Shown: positions 58,502-64,000 of the stretch, one piece after another | Layout of the letters: each line of letters begins with the position of its first letter | How positions within the stretch are numbered: the first letter of the stretch is position 1 | Virus record (IMG/VR): IMGVR_UViG_3300025102_000020 | From: an uncultured virus (IMG/VR IMGVR_UViG_3300025102_000020) | Lineage: Duplodnaviria > Heunggongvirae > Uroviricota > Caudoviricetes > Crassvirales | Length of the DNA stretch: 64,000 bases | Direction: 5' to 3' (one strand) | Notes under the pieces: model-generated | Seen by the model: only the letters and a program-made list of their open reading frames with translations | What the model was told of the DNA's origin: nothing | The model's database searches: none | Translations under genes and position numbers: made by a program

Positions 58502-59039
58502 TTAATTCTTTTTTATCTGCTGCGGTTAGTTTATATTTAGATTCTATAGCTTCAATTTTACCACCTGCCGCTATGTATTCTTTAGCTTTTGTTAGTTGAG
58601 CTGTTGTTATAGTTGGTTTAGCTTTAGCTTTAATCTTATCTACAACTCCGTGTTTGTTGCCTGCATCAGCATCTTCAGTGTCATCAATTAAGAATAAATT
58701 ACCAAGAGCATATTTCTTACCGTATGTAGAGGCTGCTCCGAACTGCTGAGCGGTTTGCATACCTTTCTGGTTAAGATCTACACCTACAAGAGCTGTTGCG
58801 TGTATAGCGTCTGTACCGTTAGATATAGTAGCCGTTGACAATAGTGTTGGCACTGGATCTGTTGCTACCATCTCTTCGCTTACGGTCACGTAAACTTTAT
58901 GTTCTAATAAAAAAGGTTTTATCGCTTCTAATATATCTTCTGATTTTCTAAAGTAGTATTTCCCAAAGGAATTATAACTACTTTTCTTAGCTTTCATCTT
59001 TGTTTGTATTGTGGCTAAGGATTTTGTTAGTTCTTTCAT
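58470..59039 (-). CDS. erf: ERF-family ssDNA annealing protein
   Basis: NSFGKYYFR..EDILEAIKP, QQFGAASTYGKKYAL..LF.IDD..DAD. Confidence 0.85.
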   Translation of the reverse strand: MKELTKSLATIQTKMKAKKSSYNSFGKYYFRKSEDILEAIKPFLLEHKVYVTVSEEMVATDPVPTLLSTATISNGTDAIHATALVGVDLNQKGMQTAQQFGAASTYGKKYALGNLFLIDDTEDADAGNKHGVVDKIKAKAKPTITTAQLTKAKEYIAAGGKIEAIESKYKLTAADKKELNGQKADITKA

Positions 59040-59110
59040 ATTATTATATTTTAGTCTATATTATAATTACACATTAGTGTCTTACTTTTAATTTTATTTA
59101 TCACTCTATC

Positions 59111-59866
59111 TTACACAAAGTCAAGCACTTGCGAGTGATCTACGTTCTCAATTAGCTTGTCTACAGCTTGTCTTTTTAGCTGTGAAATTCTAACGTAAGA
59201 ACTACTACCTTCGATGCCTAAATATTCTGCGATTTGTGTAGCGGAATGTTTATCACAATCAAGTCCGTAACTTAATCTTAGTACTTGATACTCTCTATCT
59301 GACAAGTGAGCTTGACACAAGCCTTTTAAATAGAGGTTTAGTAAATCTATATTATATGGTTCAGATGTATCAGGTATTTGATATACCATATCTTCATCAT
59401 TAGGGTTGGCGTCAATACTTAAGAATACTGAGTTGAAAAACATTTCAACCATCTTTTTATCTTTGCCAAAGTTTTTACGTATTTCGTTTATCTTATGCTC
59501 AGGTAATCTTATACTTCCTCTATTAGAGTCTATTTGTCTACGAATACTACCTTTGATTCTTTTTGAAAAGAAAGATTTTAATGTCTTTTCCATATCTTCA
59601 GATTCTCCAAGTTTTTCATAATCTAGCTTTTTGACCGCCTGTACTAATCCTAAACTACCAGATTGTATCATATCCATAATTGTCATCACTCCACTAGCTT
59701 GTTGGGATGTAGCGAACTTTCTAGCTATATTTTCTACTAATGGCAAAAACTTAATTGTAAGTTCTTCCCTAGTGTATTCATCCCACATTTTACCTTCTAA
59801 TCTAGCTACAGCTTGCTTGACATCGTTCTTGTATCTTACATAATTCTGTATGTTATATTTCTTCAT
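59111..59866 (-). CDS. sigma-70 family RNA polymerase sigma factor
   Basis: LPLVENIARKF, DMIQSGSLGLVQAV, IRLPEH, LSDREYQVLRLSYGL, region 4 HTH. Confidence 0.85.
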   Translation of the reverse strand: MKKYNIQNYVRYKNDVKQAVARLEGKMWDEYTREELTIKFLPLVENIARKFATSQQASGVMTIMDMIQSGSLGLVQAVKKLDYEKLGESEDMEKTLKSFFSKRIKGSIRRQIDSNRGSIRLPEHKINEIRKNFGKDKKMVEMFFNSVFLSIDANPNDEDMVYQIPDTSEPYNIDLLNLYLKGLCQAHLSDREYQVLRLSYGLDCDKHSATQIAEYLGIEGSSSYVRISQLKRQAVDKLIENVDHSQVLDFV

Positions 59867-60222
59867 TTGTTTAATTTTTCGTTAATTCTTTCTTGTACTA
59901 TCAATCTATCTATAAGTGTTGGTTTATAATCATTCATTAATTCTTCTGGAACATCATTCCATGCACCTATATAATTCTGTACGTTAAACCCTCGTTTAAT
60001 ACATTCAACATATAGTTGAGAATATCTGAACTTAAGGTATAACAGCTTGTTATAGAAGAACTTAACATGACCGGCGCCTAGTTTAAATTTATCAGGTATA
60101 CCATCCATGTTGTACTTACCTTTAGCAACACAATTTGGTATTCGCTTAATTTCTCTATGTTCCGCCAGTAAATGTTGATTAGTTAATTCAGCTGGTTCTA
60201 TTCCTACGTTTATTCTAGTCAT
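59863..60222 (-). CDS. denV: pyrimidine-dimer DNA glycosylase / endonuclease V
   Basis: MTRIN...ELTNQHLLAEHREI, FKLGAGHVKFFYNKL. Confidence 0.92.
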   Translation of the reverse strand: MTRINVGIEPAELTNQHLLAEHREIKRIPNCVAKGKYNMDGIPDKFKLGAGHVKFFYNKLLYLKFRYSQLYVECIKRGFNVQNYIGAWNDVPEELMNDYKPTLIDRLIVQERINEKLNK

Positions 60223-60839
60223 AATTGTTGGTTTAATAATTTAATTTCTCTTCTTAATGTTACATCTAAGTTTCTATGTATTGTTCTTGTTGAGCAGAAA
60301 CATACCTCTGCTAATCTCCTGATTGTAATATCCACATCATTATCATGAATACTTAACATAGCATCGTAAACATCGTCTGGCGTTACTTTTTTAGTTCTAC
60401 CTATTAACTCTCCTACAATACGTAGTTTTTCTTCAACGCATAAACCTGAGTTCATTTTGAATATAACTTTACGTGATTTGTTTTTAGGTGGTTCATCAAG
60501 GTCTAACATACTAATTTCATACACCATCTTTCTTAACAAGTCTTCATGTATCGTAAATGTAGTAAATCCTTGTTGTTTGTTAGCGATGACTTCTGCTATC
60601 TCTACCAATTGATCTTGGTCTAATTGAGGGTTAAGATACCATATAACTAATAAATGCCACTTAAGAGATTTATATGTAGTTATCTTAGCTTTACTATTGA
60701 ATAGATGGTAACATTCATACGTTCCATTTTCAAAGAAAAGATAACACTCATTCTCTTGAGTGGGTTTATCAGTTATAGGATCTCTCCTATAAACGATACG
60801 TTTATTATCTAGGTATCTGGTATTTCGATTATGTGACAT
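60219..60839 (-). CDS. DNA-binding protein with C-terminal HTH
   Basis: ITIRRLAEVCFCSTRTIHRNL; ATG lies within the inverted-repeat arm. Confidence 0.7.
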   Translation of the reverse strand: MSHNRNTRYLDNKRIVYRRDPITDKPTQENECYLFFENGTYECYHLFNSKAKITTYKSLKWHLLVIWYLNPQLDQDQLVEIAEVIANKQQGFTTFTIHEDLLRKMVYEISMLDLDEPPKNKSRKVIFKMNSGLCVEEKLRIVGELIGRTKKVTPDDVYDAMLSIHDNDVDITIRRLAEVCFCSTRTIHRNLDVTLRREIKLLNQQL

Positions 60840-60877
60840 TAGCCTATTACTCTATATTCTTAAGGGCTGTTGTCACA
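60832..60877. repeat. 46-bp imperfect inverted repeat TGTGACA...TGTCACA, copy 2
   Basis: reverse complement TGTGACAACAGCCCTTAAGAATATAGAGTAATAGGCTAATGTCACA aligns to 544-590. Confidence 0.8.
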
Positions 60878-60984
60878 GTCCCCTGGGGTTTTAAAGTACC
60901 GAATATAATCCTAGTTTCATTCTTATCGTTACCATATTTAATATCATTAAATTGTTTTATTCTTAATCTTAATTTTTCATCCAT
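60847..60984 (-). CDS. 45-aa hypothetical protein (not in ORF track)
   Basis: manual translation MDEKLRLRIKQFND...KNIE. Confidence 0.4.
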   Translation of the reverse strand: MDEKLRLRIKQFNDIKYGNDKNETRIIFGTLKPQGTVTTALKNIE

Positions 60985-60987
60985 ATT

Positions 60988-61152
60988 CTAAAATTTTAAT
61001 AGCTTTAAATATCTGTTATACTTCTTAAATAACTCTACCTTTATAGGGCTAAGTTGGCTGTGTATAGCATTTTGAAATATCTCTTGTCTTAACTTATATA
61101 CGTGGTGCTCAACTGTATTCATATGTAATCTTTTTCTAAATATCTTATTCAT
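60988..61152 (-). CDS. small hypothetical protein
   Basis: MNKIFRKRLH...; overlaps ligase stop. Confidence 0.5.
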   Translation of the reverse strand: MNKIFRKRLHMNTVEHHVYKLRQEIFQNAIHSQLSPIKVELFKKYNRYLKLLKF

Positions 61153-62008
61153 AATTGCGTATACATTTAAATAAAGGGTGACGATAGCTATTAGCTTTAG
61201 TTCTTTCAAAGAAAGTAAACGTAGCTCGTTGACCTATGTAATCATGTATATTATCAAGCATATCTTTCATATCTTTGTAATTATAACCTTTACCAGGTGG
61301 ACAACCAAACTCTATACCATCATCATCTCTCATAAGAAACTTACCAAGAGTACCCGTACGCTTACCTTTACCATCAACATAACCGATAATAGTAGCTTCG
61401 GCATCGGAAAAGTCTTTAAACTTACGTAACGACCATGATCTACCGCACTTGTATATATCGTTAGTACGTAATATAGAGCCTTCGTAACCAGCACCTAAAT
61501 TTTCTTGGTGGTATAATTTAGCTCTTTCTTCAGAATCAACGCTAAATGCTGGTAAAAATCTAACACAATAGGAATCTCTTAAATTACTTATTAAAAATAA
61601 GGCTCTATCATGATAAGTCATGTGTTCCATTATTGTATCGTAACAATGAAATTGTACGTTATCAACTGATTTAAGTCTATCCTCAGTTGTTGGTTTTGTT
61701 TTTCTGACCATAGATATAATAGACTCGAAATCGTCTTTAAAATCGTGATTATATAACTCACCATCTAACACAACATTAGGATGTTTTGCAAAGAAAGGTT
61801 TTAACTCTTCTAATATATGGTCTATATTTTTCCATTCTTTACCTGTGCGTGAGTATGCTTTTACTTTGAAAGGCGTTTTTACATCTGTAAATTCAGCTTG
61901 TATTAAACACCTAACACCATCTAATTTTGGTTGTATAAATGTTGGTTTATTGTAGTCTATTGGTTTGTCGCTAACAGGATATGCTAACATTGGTTTTTTT
62001 CTCATCAT
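61145..62008 (-). CDS. ATP-dependent DNA ligase
   Basis: PMLA, QPKLDGVR, LDGELY, YEGSILR, LRKFK, OB-fold end. Confidence 0.92.
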   Translation of the reverse strand: MMRKKPMLAYPVSDKPIDYNKPTFIQPKLDGVRCLIQAEFTDVKTPFKVKAYSRTGKEWKNIDHILEELKPFFAKHPNVVLDGELYNHDFKDDFESIISMVRKTKPTTEDRLKSVDNVQFHCYDTIMEHMTYHDRALFLISNLRDSYCVRFLPAFSVDSEERAKLYHQENLGAGYEGSILRTNDIYKCGRSWSLRKFKDFSDAEATIIGYVDGKGKRTGTLGKFLMRDDDGIEFGCPPGKGYNYKDMKDMLDNIHDYIGQRATFTFFERTKANSYRHPLFKCIRNYE

Positions 62009-62301
62009 AATTTATCTATTTTATCATTTATTATATCTATTTCTTTTTTAATCTCAGCACATTCTTCATATTCTTCTTTTTCTTGATGATAGTTTAACTG
62101 AGTCATCAATTTAGCTAATTGACCTAATAATTCAGACTCTGTGTCTGCTTTTTTAGTCTTTTTTCTAGGTTTTTGTTTGAATGTGTTGTATATATCATCC
62201 ATACTAGACGTAGTATACCACGTCGCCTGCTCTCTTATATAAGTTGTTAACAGTTTATCAACAATTATATCTGCTAATTTGTTCATTTCTTTATCTGTCA
62301 T
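62005..62301 (-). CDS. hypothetical protein with UVR-like C-terminal motif
   Basis: EKEEYEECAEIKKEI. Confidence 0.6.
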   Translation of the reverse strand: MTDKEMNKLADIIVDKLLTTYIREQATWYTTSSMDDIYNTFKQKPRKKTKKADTESELLGQLAKLMTQLNYHQEKEEYEECAEIKKEIDIINDKIDKL

Positions 62302-62638
62302 ATTTGTCTATTAATTTTTGTGGTTCTCCCACGAATATACATTTTTCTTTTTCATCATTAAAAGTATTTGTTTTAAATATACTTATCCAAGTACTTTTGT
62401 CGTAATCTGACCATATATAATATATATAATCTAGATCACTGTGAATATCTTGCACGTGTTCTATTTCCCAACCACTTAATTTATGGTAATAAGCAAGTGA
62501 TTGTGCAAGTTCTACACCTAATCCTTCTGGATATCCATCACTATGCACATAAAACTGTGCGTGTATTTTATCTGGGTGTTCACTAAACGATACTCCATCT
62601 TCTCGTGTAGCGAATCTAACTTGCGCTCTAGTCGACAT
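62291..62638 (-). CDS. hypothetical phage protein
   Basis: MSTRAQV...YVHSDGYPEGLG...DYIY. Confidence 0.65.
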   Translation of the reverse strand: MSTRAQVRFATREDGVSFSEHPDKIHAQFYVHSDGYPEGLGVELAQSLAYYHKLSGWEIEHVQDIHSDLDYIYYIWSDYDKSTWISIFKTNTFNDEKEKCIFVGEPQKLIDKYDR

Positions 62639-62894
62639 AAAATTGTATTTCTTCATAATAAGCATTTTGCATACCTTCTATTAAATCTCTACCACTATGA
62701 GTATGAAACCCATAACTATGAGTATGTAACGCACTTATTGGTTTGTCTTCTAATAACAACTGCATTAAAGCAAACGAATCATAGTCTACTTTGTGTGAAA
62801 CATAGTTTATAGCTTCCGCTAAAGCCTCACAATTATGTCTTGGTTCACTCTCAAGATCTTCTCTTATATATTTTTCTATTTGTTCTCCTGTCAT
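62628..62894 (-). CDS. hypothetical protein
   Basis: ORF coupled to neighbours. Confidence 0.6.
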   Translation of the reverse strand: MTGEQIEKYIREDLESEPRHNCEALAEAINYVSHKVDYDSFALMQLLLEDKPISALHTHSYGFHTHSGRDLIEGMQNAYYEEIQFYVD

Positions 62895-63340
62895 TTCTTT
62901 ATGTTTTTATAGATATACTCTAATGTTGATGGCCAATCGAGACATCTTTGGTTGTGTCCAAACCATATCCATTTACCTTGGAAATCAGGTTGTCCTCTCC
63001 ATCTACTATCATCGATCAATACATCACCTATTAGTAAGTCTTTTCTATGTGTTAGTATTAATTTTCTTTTAAGGTATGGAAAGTGTTGTTCAATCCATCT
63101 TCTCTTCGCCGCCCACATATCAGGTCTAGACCAAGGTGGTGTTGACGCTATAAATATATCAAAGTCTTCATTTAACTTGATAAGAGCGTCTTTTGCACCT
63201 GGTATTGCTTGTAATTTACCATAATCTACGTGGAGGTCGGGTCTGTGTATAGCACAACCACGTTCCTCTTCTAGGATTTTATGTTCTCTACTGAAATCAG
63301 AGATCACTCCATCCATATCTATATACATTACTTTCTTCAT
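62891..63340 (-). CDS. 5'(3')-deoxyribonucleotidase (NT5C-type HAD)
   Basis: YIDMDGVI, IASTPPW, KRRW, RKDLLIGDVLIDD. Confidence 0.88.
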   Translation of the reverse strand: MKKVMYIDMDGVISDFSREHKILEEERGCAIHRPDLHVDYGKLQAIPGAKDALIKLNEDFDIFIASTPPWSRPDMWAAKRRWIEQHFPYLKRKLILTHRKDLLIGDVLIDDSRWRGQPDFQGKWIWFGHNQRCLDWPSTLEYIYKNIKK

Positions 63341-63342
63341 AT

Positions 63343-63603
63343 CTAATCTAATAATACCATATACGCTTTCGCATTATTTACTTTGAACCAATCTAATCCT
63401 CTAGATAGAGTATTAATAATATCTTTATTATTTACACCCATCTCAGAAACTATACAAGCTCCCATAACTAGATCGTACATAGATAGTTCTATATTATTTA
63501 GTTCATATTCTTCTCCTGTGAACCTGTTTGCTACAGTTCCACCTTCTTCATAAACAGTTCCATCGAACCATTTAGGTAGTGTTTGTTCTTTTGTTTTACT
63601 CAT
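63343..63603 (-). CDS. hypothetical phage protein
   Basis: LPKWFDG..YEEG..V.NRFTGE...AYMVLLD. Confidence 0.65.
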   Translation of the reverse strand: MSKTKEQTLPKWFDGTVYEEGGTVANRFTGEEYELNNIELSMYDLVMGACIVSEMGVNNKDIINTLSRGLDWFKVNNAKAYMVLLD

Positions 63604-63605
63604 AA

Positions 63606-63710
63606 TTATTTTTCTGCTGTTAATATTTCGACACACTCTGCCCACGTCATTTCTTCTATTTGTTCTTCAGTATAGATACCGAGTTCTTTTACCATTTCCC
63701 AAGGACTCAT
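63606..63710 (-). CDS. 34-aa acidic peptide (not in ORF track)
   Basis: manual translation MSPWEMVKELGIYTEEQIEEMTWAECVEILTAEK; fills the gap exactly. Confidence 0.5.
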   Translation of the reverse strand: MSPWEMVKELGIYTEEQIEEMTWAECVEILTAEK

Positions 63711-63711
63711 A

Positions 63712-63933
63712 TTATTTATTTCTATATTGATTACTATTTCTTAATGCTTTTTGAGTTGTAAGATTATCTATCTTATCTTGTACTACTTTAATCATTTGTA
63801 ACCAGTATTCTCTAGTTATGATAGGTCTTTGGCCCATTAGTTTCGCCTCGTCTTGGCTCTTGTGCATTTCTGCTACAAAGTTATCGACCATCTCGTCTAA
63901 TATAACTCTGTCTTGAATGTCAAATTTTTTCAT
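63712..63933 (-). CDS. hypothetical protein
   Basis: ORF with AAATAAAATTAAATAA-ATG leader. Confidence 0.6.
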   Translation of the reverse strand: MKKFDIQDRVILDEMVDNFVAEMHKSQDEAKLMGQRPIITREYWLQMIKVVQDKIDNLTTQKALRNSNQYRNK

Positions 63934-63951
63934 TTATTTAATTTTATTTGT

Positions 63952-64000
63952 TAGTGCCCAAGGGTGGATTCGAACCACCTATTTTCCTAGTACTACTACC
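63952..64000 (-). tRNA. 3' part of tRNA or tRNA-like element (truncated by window end)
   Basis: T-arm GGTGG-TTCGAAT-CCACC then CTTGGGC-A-CTA; anticodon not assignable. Confidence 0.55.

Noticed and set aside
649..64000. Stop-codon reassignment as in some crAss-like phages
   Set aside because: Standard code gives dense, uninterrupted ORFs including 2018 and 3605 aa
50627..64000. Absence of a DNA polymerase or integrase as a finding
   Set aside because: The window is truncated at both ends, so absence cannot be concluded

Overview
This AT-rich window is most of a dsDNA tailed-phage genome, probably a marine podovirus-like phage infecting Bacteroidota (Flavobacteriales). The host is inferred from AT-rich leaders without obvious Shine-Dalgarno sites, Gln+1 signal peptides and a T9SS-like C-terminus. 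There are two gene blocks. The + strand block (649-50596) holds GroEL/GroES, holin, terminase, portal, scaffold, major capsid protein, tail proteins, ejection-type proteins, a 3605-aa polyvalent protein, a secreted/outer-membrane module and a candidate lysin. The - strand block (50627-64000, plus 39-263) holds class II RNR, a resolvase, MazG-like proteins, a ThyA/dCMP-hydroxymethylase-like enzyme, primase-helicase, SSB, RecE-like and ERF proteins, a sigma factor, DenV, ligase, a 5'-nucleotidase and a partial tRNA-like element. The main unexplained signals are: (1) a dispersed family of otherwise unrelated basic proteins sharing an MAFKMKG leader and repeated SP[AL]KQ-like motifs, alongside three HEXXH zincins, suggesting a capsid-cargo addressing and processing system; (2) a phage-encoded host-surface module (CXXC-less thioredoxin, Cys-repeat T9SS-like cargo rich in O-glycosylation sequons, beta-barrel); (3) a 46-47 bp TGTGACA...TGTCACA element present twice; (4) a TAAATA-N13-RTRAY promoter-like motif; (5) a T4 gp42-like active site hinting at modified cytosine. 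All functional calls come from motif recognition by eye; no searches were run.
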